DNA of 64,000 bases, taken from the NCBI GenBank assembly GCA_965140415.1, contig OZ223209.1, positions 2,880,001 through 2,944,000 on the forward strand, given 5' to 3'. The notes beneath the pieces were generated by a model. It saw nothing but the letters and a program-made list of their open reading frames with translations, ran no database searches and had not been told where the DNA came from. This document shows positions 54,528 to 63,882 of this stretch, one piece after another (positions within the stretch are counted from its first letter, which is position 1; each line of letters starts with the position of its first letter). Source of the stretch: Myxococcota bacterium (GTDB lineage: Bacteria > Myxococcota_A > SURF-8). A program made the position numbers and the translations under genes.

Positions 54528-57500
54528 ATGTCCCCGAATGCATGGTCACATCCTGTTTATCGAAAGCGCTTGCGTAGCTATGGGCTACGTTTTGCGTTGA
54601 CGGATGCATTCGGTACGCGATTGGAGCCGGAAGAGATCGAGAGTAATCTACGCGAATTTGGGCTGGAGGATTTTCAGATCGTGCTGTCAGATGACGGCTG
54701 GACGCTGCATCATCCAGGATTGACCGCCAAATGCGATGCCGTTTCGTTTTCAGCAACGTGGTTACGGGAAAAACTCTCTCCGTTATTACCTGTGTACTTA
54801 CAGGCAGAAATGTTTCCAAACGAGAACGAGTTTAAAAGTGTTTTTATCGATCAACGTTCTCACGAATTTGAAACGATAGCGCTCGCAGAAGTTCGACAGT
54901 CAGAAGCATTTTCGAATGAAATCATTGAAGAACTGTTGTTGAGAATATTTGAGAAATCGGCTGCTTTTAACAAACCGCAAAAATGCTCCCTCAAAATTCA
55001 AGATGGTAATGAGTGGCAACATCGCTTGAATTCCTTGCAAAAAGTTATAAATGAAGCCTTTCCCAAGATGGGCTTAAATCCAAAGAATGTTTCATTGCGG
55101 ATTCGCATGAGAAACGGTCGAATCGAGACTGTTGAAAACAACCATGTAAATCGCGCTAAAAAGGACAAGAGCGTTTCCTTCCTTTTGTGGGAAAAACCGG
55201 AAACAGAAGAAAACGGACAAGCCACCCTCGTTTTTGCCATGTCGCAGTCTGAGGCTGCCATCACATGGCTTTGTAAACAGTTCGACGAAGGTTTGGAAGA
55301 GCAAGCTCCTAAGCATCCGATCTTGTTGGATGGACTGCAATGGGAGATCGCTCGCAAACCTACGATCGCCCGAATCGGTGGAAAATCGTTAGCAGGTGCG
55401 ATCTGTCTTGATGCATCCTCCTGCGATGCCTGCAAATTATGCGAGCGCGCCTGTCCGATGCAGTGCTTGACAATCGATGATGGAAAACTGGAAATCGATC
55501 GAGAACGCTGTTTGCAATGTTATGATTGTATCGAGGTCTGCCCGGCCAGTGCTTTTCGGCCAATCTACAATCAAGCCAGTGCGATGTGGAGTGAACGGGT
55601 GATGGAACGCCCCGGCTGGCTGGGACGTTTGGCTGGCCTACCGGGACCGGCTTTCCCTGCCCCATATCCGCCGTCTTATCTTTTACCGAAAACAAAAAGT
55701 TCTCGAAGCGTGATTCTTGGCCTGGCGATTACGACAATGCAGGAACATGCGGCGGCCTTGATCATCGATGGTGAGGTGGTTGGGGCTATCGAGGAAGAAC
55801 GCATCAATCGGCTGCGTCACTATGGTTGGACGCCCACCGGACGAGACGGCGTAACCCTGGCCGTCGATCCGACGATCTGCCTGGAAGAGGCATTGTGTCG
55901 CAGGTCGATTCGCGGATTGCTGTCCGAGCATGGACTCACCCTGGATGATGTGGACTGCTTTGCATTGAATGGCATTCCTGCCAAATATCGCCGCAGTTAT
56001 TCTCTGACGGATCAACATCGGCCCCCACAGGTGTTGGATTCGGGAAGGATCGTTTGCATTCCTCATCATCTCGCGCATGCCGCATCCGCGTTTAGAATGT
56101 CGGGAATGGAAGAGGCGTGGGTGTTGACTGTCGATGGACGCGGGGACCGCGAAACGGCGGCGCTATTTCATGGTGAACGTGCAACGCTAAGCAGAAAAGC
56201 GGATTGGCTTGCGTTGACGGACCGCAGTATTGGCAGTGTATACGAAAACGCCACACGCCTTTTAGGATTTGGAACGCATGGGCAGGGCAGTTTGATGGCC
56301 CTGGCAGCCTTTGGTTCGACAACCGTGGATGTTAGCGAGTTTTTACGCGCGGATGATGATGGACGTCTCCACGTTCAAGAAAGCGGTCTTCAGAAGAAGT
56401 TTGACAATTTGAAACAAGAGGAAACACAAGAGATCAATCAAGAACAGATGGATCTTGCCTCCTCCATTCAGCAGGCACTGGAGGACGTTGTGTTTTCCAT
56501 GTTGCGCGAAAACGGTGTTGAAAACGGTGCTAAGGGCTTGTGCCTGGCTGGTGGCGTCGCTTTGAACTGTCGTCTGAATCAGCGCCTGCTCGAAGAATTC
56601 TCTCCAGTCGAGTTGTACGTGCAACCGGCGGCAAATGATGCAGGAACGGCCCTGGGCGCGGCGCTTGAAGCATGGAGTCGAAAGACAGATGAGCCGGAGA
56701 ACGTTTGTTACGGTCACAGCTATTGGGGACCGGCATTCGATGAAGAGGAGATGAATTCCGTGTTGGCCAGATACGGCTTGGACTATCGCCGTAGCGACAG
56801 ACTGGAACAGGAGTGTGCCGAACTGCTGGAGCAGGGCCAGGTGTTGTGCTGGTTCCAGGGACGTATGGAGTTCGGTCCGCGTGCACTGGGCGCTCGCAGC
56901 ATTCTTGCCGATCCCAGAAAAGCTGAGTTGAAAGATCGTGTGAACCGCATCAAAACAAGGGAATCCTGGCGGCCCTTCGGTCCCAGCGTTTTAGCGGGTC
57001 ATGAAAACGACTGGTTCGAGCCCGGCCTGGACAGCAACTACATGCTTTTCACCTTGAAAGTTAATGAAGAAAAGAGAGATAGGATTCCGGCGGTGATGCA
57101 TATCGATGGCAGCACACGTCCCCAGGTGGTTCATCGTGAAACGAATGAGCGCTACTTCGATCTGATCGATGCCTTCTTCGCACGCAGCGGCGTGCCGATG
57201 GTTTTGAACACCTCTTTCAACCGACGCGGTGAGCCGATCGTCTGCACGCCACAGGATGCCGTAGACTGTTTCCTGGATACGGACGCAGATGTGCTGGCGC
57301 TTGGACCATTCATCGCTACACGAGCGGAGGCGCAACATTCTGCAACTGAAAAAGATGATTGCGGCGAATTGGAAACGCTACGGGCGTATCCGACTGATCG
57401 GAGACTGTTGCTACGTGTCACCACGGATTGCGATAACGACTGTTCTTTCTGTACGCTAAGGGATTTGCGTGGTCACAGGGAAAGATCGTTGTTGCAGGTG

Positions 57501-58289
57501 GAAAACTCGTTACAGCAGGGACGCCAAACTGGTTGTGGTGAACTGGTGATCATGCGTGGAGAAGCCACACAGAATCCGAACTTGATCAGTTTGGTGCGTA
57601 TGGCCCGAAACATGGGCTATCGGAAAGTACAGTTGCAAACCAACGGACGACGCCTGGCGGAACCGTCCTATCGTCTTCGATTGCTGGATTCGGGTGTCGA
57701 TACCTTTGAGATCGGCCTGGCTGCTGCAAATGAAAAATTGCATGACAATCTGGTAGGACGTGCTGGGGCGTTTCGTGAAACGGCACTTGGTATACGGGCG
57801 CTCATTCGGGCGGGTGCCGATGTATTGATTACGATTCCGGTGCTAAGAAAAAATCGTCATGAACTTTCGCACATTGTTGCGCTTGTTCATAAGCTTGGTG
57901 TAAGCAGAGTCCAGTTTAATTTCCCGCGTCCAGTAGAGATCCCCCGGCAGGTCGTTACGAAACCGCTCTCACGCCTTTCTGTGGTTTCTCCCTTTGTACG
58001 GGAAGCCGTCAAGTTGGCGCAGAGCCTGGGATTGTTTGTCTCCACAGAGGCGTTTCCCTTTTGTCATCTCGATGAAAGCCTGCATGCAACGCCGGATGCC
58101 ACCGAAGACTGGCGTCGCTATCGGGTGGACGATCTCCACCTGTTGCACGACTCCTTGAAAGAAGAAAGAAAACGTGCCAGATTGCAAGCGGAACCTTGTA
58201 AAGAATGTCGATTGCAGGAGGCCTGTCCTCGTACCTGGGCGATTTATCTTGAACTGTTCGGAAGCGGAGAATTGATCCCGTTTCGCTGA
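54528..58289 (+). CDS. Fusion: unknown N-domain, 2x[4Fe-4S] ferredoxin, CmcH/NodU carbamoyltransferase, radical SAM
   Basis: GGAGG RBS; CDACKLCERACP and CLQCYDCIEVCP; EEERINR, HHLAHAASAF, VDGRGD, LAGGVALNC, PAANDAG, GRMEFGPRALGARS, RESWRPF, HIDGSTRPQ, LNTSFN; CDNDCSFC, QTNGRRL, FPFC, CKECRLQEACP...YLELFGSGELIPF. One uninterrupted frame. Confidence 0.92.
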   Translation: MSPNAWSHPVYRKRLRSYGLRFALTDAFGTRLEPEEIESNLREFGLEDFQIVLSDDGWTLHHPGLTAKCDAVSFSATWLREKLSPLLPVYLQAEMFPNENEFKSVFIDQRSHEFETIALAEVRQSEAFSNEIIEELLLRIFEKSAAFNKPQKCSLKIQDGNEWQHRLNSLQKVINEAFPKMGLNPKNVSLRIRMRNGRIETVENNHVNRAKKDKSVSFLLWEKPETEENGQATLVFAMSQSEAAITWLCKQFDEGLEEQAPKHPILLDGLQWEIARKPTIARIGGKSLAGAICLDASSCDACKLCERACPMQCLTIDDGKLEIDRERCLQCYDCIEVCPASAFRPIYNQASAMWSERVMERPGWLGRLAGLPGPAFPAPYPPSYLLPKTKSSRSVILGLAITTMQEHAAALIIDGEVVGAIEEERINRLRHYGWTPTGRDGVTLAVDPTICLEEALCRRSIRGLLSEHGLTLDDVDCFALNGIPAKYRRSYSLTDQHRPPQVLDSGRIVCIPHHLAHAASAFRMSGMEEAWVLTVDGRGDRETAALFHGERATLSRKADWLALTDRSIGSVYENATRLLGFGTHGQGSLMALAAFGSTTVDVSEFLRADDDGRLHVQESGLQKKFDNLKQEETQEINQEQMDLASSIQQALEDVVFSMLRENGVENGAKGLCLAGGVALNCRLNQRLLEEFSPVELYVQPAANDAGTALGAALEAWSRKTDEPENVCYGHSYWGPAFDEEEMNSVLARYGLDYRRSDRLEQECAELLEQGQVLCWFQGRMEFGPRALGARSILADPRKAELKDRVNRIKTRESWRPFGPSVLAGHENDWFEPGLDSNYMLFTLKVNEEKRDRIPAVMHIDGSTRPQVVHRETNERYFDLIDAFFARSGVPMVLNTSFNRRGEPIVCTPQDAVDCFLDTDADVLALGPFIATRAEAQHSATEKDDCGELETLRAYPTDRRLLLRVTTDCDNDCSFCTLRDLRGHRERSLLQVENSLQQGRQTGCGELVIMRGEATQNPNLISLVRMARNMGYRKVQLQTNGRRLAEPSYRLRLLDSGVDTFEIGLAAANEKLHDNLVGRAGAFRETALGIRALIRAGADVLITIPVLRKNRHELSHIVALVHKLGVSRVQFNFPRPVEIPRQVVTKPLSRLSVVSPFVREAVKLAQSLGLFVSTEAFPFCHLDESLHATPDATEDWRRYRVDDLHLLHDSLKEERKRARLQAEPCKECRLQEACPRTWAIYLELFGSGELIPFR

Positions 58290-58321
58290 CCGTCGCATTT
58301 TCTGAATCATCAAGAATCGAT

Positions 58322-60385
58322 TTACTCGATCCGTTCCGGTATGACATAAAGTGCATCCGCCATTGCAGATGTCCCGACTTCGGAAAGTTCGCTGGATACG
58401 ATCAGGCGGACGGAGGCTGCGCCTGCCGGAATTCGGGTTCGGTTTTGCAAGGGTCGCCACTCGGCATCGAAAAGTTCTCCGCCCGGAATCGTTCCCCACA
58501 GGCTGCCGTCGCCATCGTAGATCTCCAATGCAAGTGACAAAGTGTTGGCAGCATCTACCGTTCTAAACCATCCCCCCCAATGCAAGGCCATTTGATCGCT
58601 TGCGAGTTCGTCCGAATAGGATGACAAATCGACAACCTGTGCAAGAAGGGATGTTCCTGCTTCACCAGCCTCCACACCAAATGCACCACCACCGTAAAAG
58701 AATCGTTCCCCGGAGAACGAACAAGGCGGGAAGAAGATAAAGCCGTATGGAACCATGCTCGGTAACGACTGCCAGCCGGTGGTTTCCCAGTGAGTTGATT
58801 CGATATCTTCCGCACCGGGATTTTCCAGAAGGTTGCCTCCCAATCGTTGATGCGACGTTTCGAGCAGATCTATTCCGAGATAGAGTTCGTCGAAGGCGGC
58901 GTCATTGCCTGCTCCATTGTACGCTTTATGATGGGCAATCCAGCTCAACCGGGCTTTTCGCGTGTTCGGAGGTAGTTCAAGAAAATCGGCGTATGGATGC
59001 CAGTTCAATGTGTCGCGACGTTTGGAATGAAGTTGCAGCAGCACTTGGCCGTTCTCATCCAGTGCTTCCGTAACGATTTCCGCTTCATCATTGGGTTTTG
59101 GAATGTTGCTGCGAATGTCGCCTTCTTCATCGATGGTGAAACCGGTTCGCATATAGCCGGAAACAAGCAGGCGGGCTTTCATCGCGTCGATGTCCGCAGC
59201 CCATTCGGATAAATCAACGATTTGCTCCCCTGTCGAAAAACGGGTTTCGTCATCCGGCGCTGTGGAAAATCCGGTAAAGAATGCCGATCCCTTATATGGG
59301 GTTTGATTTTCGCGTTCGGCAACGGAAACCGCTTCTCCGCTTAGTGTCCAGCCGGTCGTGCCATCTTCCGCACCGGGGTTGATCAGCAGATTGGCTGGAC
59401 GGTTGTCTACTGTTGGAAAATCGGCAAAAAGATCACGTTGGGCTTCGAATGGATCGCTGGAAAAAGGGCTGTCCGGATCGGAAGGATAGAGCAACTCCGC
59501 CCACACCGGTTTATGATCGGAAAGAACCGGCGATAAGTTAACGACATCTGCATCAAGTACCAGGGCCGGGAGTTCTTTTCTGAACCAGATCAAATCGATC
59601 AACTGCGAACCCTCGGTATCGTCGAAACCGGTGGAAGGCCAGGAGATACGCTCGCCGGGATACCAACCTATTTTAGTAAAGGCGTCCGTGGCGACTTCTT
59701 CCATAATTTCAACTTGACTGCTGTAGTGTTCATCGTTGAAGTCACCCACTAAAACCATATGCTTGGTCGTATCTTGTTTCAGATGCTCGTCTACAAACTC
59801 GCGAAACTGGAGATCCCCCTCCGCATTCCAGCCTAGGTGAGCCACGTAAAAGGAGAACATCACACCGGACACCTCGGAATGTGCATGGAGGAAACTGCGT
59901 CCGACGGACAGTGGAACCAGTTCGGTATCGTTCAATTCCGTTTTGGAAAGCAGAGCGATACCGGAACCGTAAGAATAGGGAAATCCACCGGCCTGGGCGA
60001 TGGGGGCAACGAAGCTTTCCGGGCATTCCTGTAGTCCGACCATGTCAAGATTCAGGGTTTTAAGCATATTGCCAATCGCTTCCGCATCGGCAAAATTGCC
60101 GCCGTAAATATTATAGCTAGCAACTCGCAGGCGGATTCCTTCGGGTAGTTCCGGTGAAAAAGGAGTTTCCGGCTCTAGAATCAGGTCTTCAACCTGAACG
60201 CTTGGATCGATAAGGACCGGAGAGTTATCTAAATCGCCATCCTCATTTTCCGACGTGTCGGAATCGCTGTCTCCTAAGTCATTAGAATCAGTGGAAGAAT
60301 CTGTGCATGAAAAAGCAAGGGAAATCAGGAGGATCGAAATGATTGTATGTAGGAAGAATGCATGCTTCACGGGTTTTCCTTTCAA
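58322..60385 (-). CDS. Lipoprotein: endonuclease/exonuclease/phosphatase domain plus two carbohydrate-binding-like domains
   Basis: Lipobox AFSC; RVASYNI, GLQE, VGDFND, IDLIW, SDHKPV; two NLL.NPGAED-initiated beta-sandwich repeats. Confidence 0.82.
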   Translation of the reverse strand: MKGKPVKHAFFLHTIISILLISLAFSCTDSSTDSNDLGDSDSDTSENEDGDLDNSPVLIDPSVQVEDLILEPETPFSPELPEGIRLRVASYNIYGGNFADAEAIGNMLKTLNLDMVGLQECPESFVAPIAQAGGFPYSYGSGIALLSKTELNDTELVPLSVGRSFLHAHSEVSGVMFSFYVAHLGWNAEGDLQFREFVDEHLKQDTTKHMVLVGDFNDEHYSSQVEIMEEVATDAFTKIGWYPGERISWPSTGFDDTEGSQLIDLIWFRKELPALVLDADVVNLSPVLSDHKPVWAELLYPSDPDSPFSSDPFEAQRDLFADFPTVDNRPANLLINPGAEDGTTGWTLSGEAVSVAERENQTPYKGSAFFTGFSTAPDDETRFSTGEQIVDLSEWAADIDAMKARLLVSGYMRTGFTIDEEGDIRSNIPKPNDEAEIVTEALDENGQVLLQLHSKRRDTLNWHPYADFLELPPNTRKARLSWIAHHKAYNGAGNDAAFDELYLGIDLLETSHQRLGGNLLENPGAEDIESTHWETTGWQSLPSMVPYGFIFFPPCSFSGERFFYGGGAFGVEAGEAGTSLLAQVVDLSSYSDELASDQMALHWGGWFRTVDAANTLSLALEIYDGDGSLWGTIPGGELFDAEWRPLQNRTRIPAGAASVRLIVSSELSEVGTSAMADALYVIPERIE

Positions 60386-60551
60386 ACGGAAAAACTAATA
60401 AAATCTTAACGAAAGAATAGTGCGCTTCATGATCCCAGGCAAGGAAATGATTCTTGGCTATAGTGAAATCGAAACCAATTGCTTACAGAAATTACGTCTT
60501 TAAGCTGGACAATACAAAATGAAATGCAAGTTGTGCTTGCCTGTATTGAGG

Positions 60552-60580
60552 TTGACAACCAAGCGGAATCGCGGTAGATT
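60552..60580 (+). promoter_or_regulatory. Sigma70-type promoter
   Basis: TTGACA-17 bp-TAGATT, about 60 bp upstream of the Ig-repeat lipoprotein gene. Confidence 0.65.
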
Positions 60581-60643
60581 TTAGTCAGATAGAAACACGG
60601 AAAAGTCTGAATTGTCATGGAATACTTAAGCAGGAGGAGTGGC

Positions 60644-63600
60644 ATGAGTCGCCTTACACGGATGGACTGGCTTCTTTTTTGTATGGCAGTAAGCCTGCTG
60701 TTTGTTTTCGTTGCCTGCTCGGATGATGGCAGCGCCGATGATGTCGCCCCTGACGGTGATAGAGAACAGAATCCTATCGTGGATGGAGATTATTCCTGCC
60801 CGGAAGGATATTCGTGTTCTCCCTGTACAAGTGATGTCGATTGCGATCCGGGAATGCTTTGCGATCTTGAGGACGGAATTTGCAAACCCTCCGGTATACC
60901 CGGTGATGAGGACGAGGAAACTCCAGACGGAGACATCATTGTAGATGGAGATCTGGCCGATAGTGACAAACTGCAAGACACGGACGGGCGAAGAATCGTT
61001 GTCGAGCCAACCTCCGTGGATTTCGGCGCGGTGCAATGGGGACGATCGAGCACTAAAGAGGTTGTCGTCAGTAATGAAGACGCCGCTACTTTGGATTTGG
61101 AAATTCAGGATATGCAATTCGTTACCGAAGGCGCACTTGATTTCTCCTTCGAAATCTGGAACCCGGATTCCGGTGTGGTTTCGGATCTTCCTATTTCTCT
61201 CGCTCCAGGAAAAAGCTTAATCGTCAAACTGACTTACAGCCCGACAGATGAAATCGACGATGCAGGCGAACAGTTGTTGATATCGAGTAATGACGGAGAT
61301 CGTCCCATCGTTCGCGTGACGATGAACCCGCAGTACAAAGGCGAGGCCAAGCTGGTTGTGTCTCCGGATCCAATTGCGTTTGGTGACATCCCGATATACA
61401 GTTCCAGCATCATCGATGTGACGATCAGCAATCAACCGGTGGATGAAGATACCAACCGCGTGCTGAAAATCACCAATCTGTCTCTTCAGAACGGGCAGTA
61501 TGTCGATGCATCTCTGGTAATGACTCCCACTAGCACTCCCAGCAGCGATCAGCCGGTTTTCTTGATCCCCGGCGACTCGATCTCTGTGAAAATGGAATAT
61601 TCACCTGCGGTTATGGGAACCTTGCTGAATGGATTGTTCCTGACATGTAACGATCCCAATGCCGGTCCGGTCGTAGAGATTCCCATCACCGGAAAGGGTG
61701 TGCAAGCCGACTTGGCTGTGATTCCCACTCCGATCGACTTCGGCGCACGAAGAATTGGGGAAACCCACTTCTTGTCTGTGGAAATCGCGAACGTGGGAAA
61801 TGAAAGTTATCCCATCGAAGCCGTGTCCCTGGTCGATGAAAATCCCTTGTTCGCACTGGCTTCGATAACGCCAGACTTGCCTTGGCTGCTGCTGCCAAGC
61901 GAAACAGCCACAATCAATGTGAGCTTCTCGCCGGAAGAGCTGACGCAGGTTTTCGATAAATTGTGGTTACAAGGTGGCGTAAACGACGAGGGTGAAAGAA
62001 AACCGGACTACTTTATCGATGTCAAGGGGTCCGGTTCGCAAGCCTTGATTCGGTTGGAACCGGCGGACGTGATCGATTTCGGCAATGTGCAGCATGGTCA
62101 AACGGAGGTTCAGCAACTTCGAGTCTATAGCGAGGGAAATGAGTCGCTAACGATCTCCAGCTTGCAGATGAGCACGGATGGCAGCGCCGATTTCGCCTTT
62201 ACGGATGTTCCCGGAATTTACGAATCCATTCCGGTGGGGCAGTCGCGCTTGATCGATTTTACCTATACGCCCGATGAGGGCGGACTGCGCAGTTCCTGCA
62301 AGATCTTTTCGAATGCCGGCAACGCCGCAGAAGATGGCTCCGTCACTCTACAATTGCAAGGCAGCAGTAACGATCCCATTTTCTTCGCACAGCCCGACAG
62401 CATCGAATTCGACTCCATTCCGCAGGGAGACCGAGACACCGTTCAGGTAATGGTCAAGAATATCGGCAATGGAAGTCTTACGATCTACTCGGCAGGCATC
62501 GATATCGGCTCCAGCCCTTATTACGGTGTCGAAAATTTCCAGGTCGGTGGAAATGCCGTCTCATTGCCCTTGGAATTGGGACAAAGCCAAACGATGACAT
62601 TCGATGCCTTTTACGAGCCTTACGGACCGGGGGAAGCCACCGGGGCGCTGTCGATTGTCCATAATGACTACGATGAGTTCGGCCCTGGAGATCTGGACCG
62701 AACGGAACATACGATTACTTTACATGCTTCTGGTCCGGCCAATACCCGACCGGTGGCGGTGCTTCGCGCCAATTATTCCGAAGAGGATATTTCGCTGCCG
62801 AAAGATGCGGTGGTGATACTTGATGGTGTGGAAAGCTACGATGACGACGAAGGCGACACGATCGCAGATTATGACTTCACGATCGACACCGCACCTGCCG
62901 GTCATAATACGTTGGAAGGCACGGGCGACAGCCGCCATGTCATTCTGAATGCTGCGGGAGACTGGATCTTTTCGCTTCGAGTGCAGGATAGCAATGGCGA
63001 ATGGAGTTCCAGCGATACCTTGCGTGTGACGGTGACGTCCAAACCTGTCGCGGTGATTCGCGCCAATACTGTTACTGAATTATTGGAAGATGCACGCGCC
63101 GGTGCCGAGTTGTATCTGGATACGGTCGGGAGTGTCGACCCGGATGGCGGAAATATTATGGATTGGGAATTTCGCATCGATTCGCTACCTGCCGGTGCAA
63201 CTTCAAGTTTAACCGGCAGCGCCGGTTCTCGTTCGATTTTCCCGGATCGGATCGGCACCTGGACCTTCATGGCTCGCGTTCAGGATGATGAGGAAGAATG
63301 GTCGGATTGGGCGACGGTGGTCGTGGACGTCATCCGTCCACAGACGATAGATATCGTCATGCAGGGGGTAAATACCTGCTGGGGCGATCTGATCGGTTAC
63401 CGCCTGTTCTTTGAAAGCAAGGATGGCGAAAATTGCGGACCGAGTGAATGTTTGTGGGGGCCGCGTCATTCCGGTAATTGCAACAACTTAGGGAACAACG
63501 AAGGGGACTCGGAAATCATTTGGGACTACTCCGAGTTATTGAACAGTTATCCTTCCGGTATGGATGGCGAGTACCACATTCGCGTGGAGCGGGTCGGTTT

Positions 63601-63781
63601 CAGTATCCTTTTGGGAGAGCATGTCACAGTTGCGCTTTATGTCGATGGTGAAGAGCAGGTCTGGTGGGATCTGGAGCATGATTTCGGCTCGTCCGTAGGT
63701 AACAACTGGGATATTTACCTCTTCCGTCATGATGGTCTATGGGAAATTCCGCACAATTGTGTGCCGGGAGGATGTCTCTGA
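60644..63781 (+). CDS. Surface lipoprotein with five choice-of-anchor-D/ASH Ig-like repeats and two PKD-like domains
   Basis: AGGAGG RBS; lipobox FVAC; PTSVDFGAV, PDPIAFGDI, PTPIDFGAR, PADVIDFGNV, PDSIEFDSI; two PVAV.RAN...LD...S.D.D repeats. Confidence 0.82.
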   Translation: MSRLTRMDWLLFCMAVSLLFVFVACSDDGSADDVAPDGDREQNPIVDGDYSCPEGYSCSPCTSDVDCDPGMLCDLEDGICKPSGIPGDEDEETPDGDIIVDGDLADSDKLQDTDGRRIVVEPTSVDFGAVQWGRSSTKEVVVSNEDAATLDLEIQDMQFVTEGALDFSFEIWNPDSGVVSDLPISLAPGKSLIVKLTYSPTDEIDDAGEQLLISSNDGDRPIVRVTMNPQYKGEAKLVVSPDPIAFGDIPIYSSSIIDVTISNQPVDEDTNRVLKITNLSLQNGQYVDASLVMTPTSTPSSDQPVFLIPGDSISVKMEYSPAVMGTLLNGLFLTCNDPNAGPVVEIPITGKGVQADLAVIPTPIDFGARRIGETHFLSVEIANVGNESYPIEAVSLVDENPLFALASITPDLPWLLLPSETATINVSFSPEELTQVFDKLWLQGGVNDEGERKPDYFIDVKGSGSQALIRLEPADVIDFGNVQHGQTEVQQLRVYSEGNESLTISSLQMSTDGSADFAFTDVPGIYESIPVGQSRLIDFTYTPDEGGLRSSCKIFSNAGNAAEDGSVTLQLQGSSNDPIFFAQPDSIEFDSIPQGDRDTVQVMVKNIGNGSLTIYSAGIDIGSSPYYGVENFQVGGNAVSLPLELGQSQTMTFDAFYEPYGPGEATGALSIVHNDYDEFGPGDLDRTEHTITLHASGPANTRPVAVLRANYSEEDISLPKDAVVILDGVESYDDDEGDTIADYDFTIDTAPAGHNTLEGTGDSRHVILNAAGDWIFSLRVQDSNGEWSSSDTLRVTVTSKPVAVIRANTVTELLEDARAGAELYLDTVGSVDPDGGNIMDWEFRIDSLPAGATSSLTGSAGSRSIFPDRIGTWTFMARVQDDEEEWSDWATVVVDVIRPQTIDIVMQGVNTCWGDLIGYRLFFESKDGENCGPSECLWGPRHSGNCNNLGNNEGDSEIIWDYSELLNSYPSGMDGEYHIRVERVGFSILLGEHVTVALYVDGEEQVWWDLEHDFGSSVGNNWDIYLFRHDGLWEIPHNCVPGGCL

Positions 63782-63882
63782 TTCGGCGATGAAAAGCAAC
63801 GCCCCTTGACTCTTCTTCATATACTGGGCATGATAGTCCTGGAATTGGAAAAGCCTTATTGCTGGTAGGGGGTTCGGTTATT

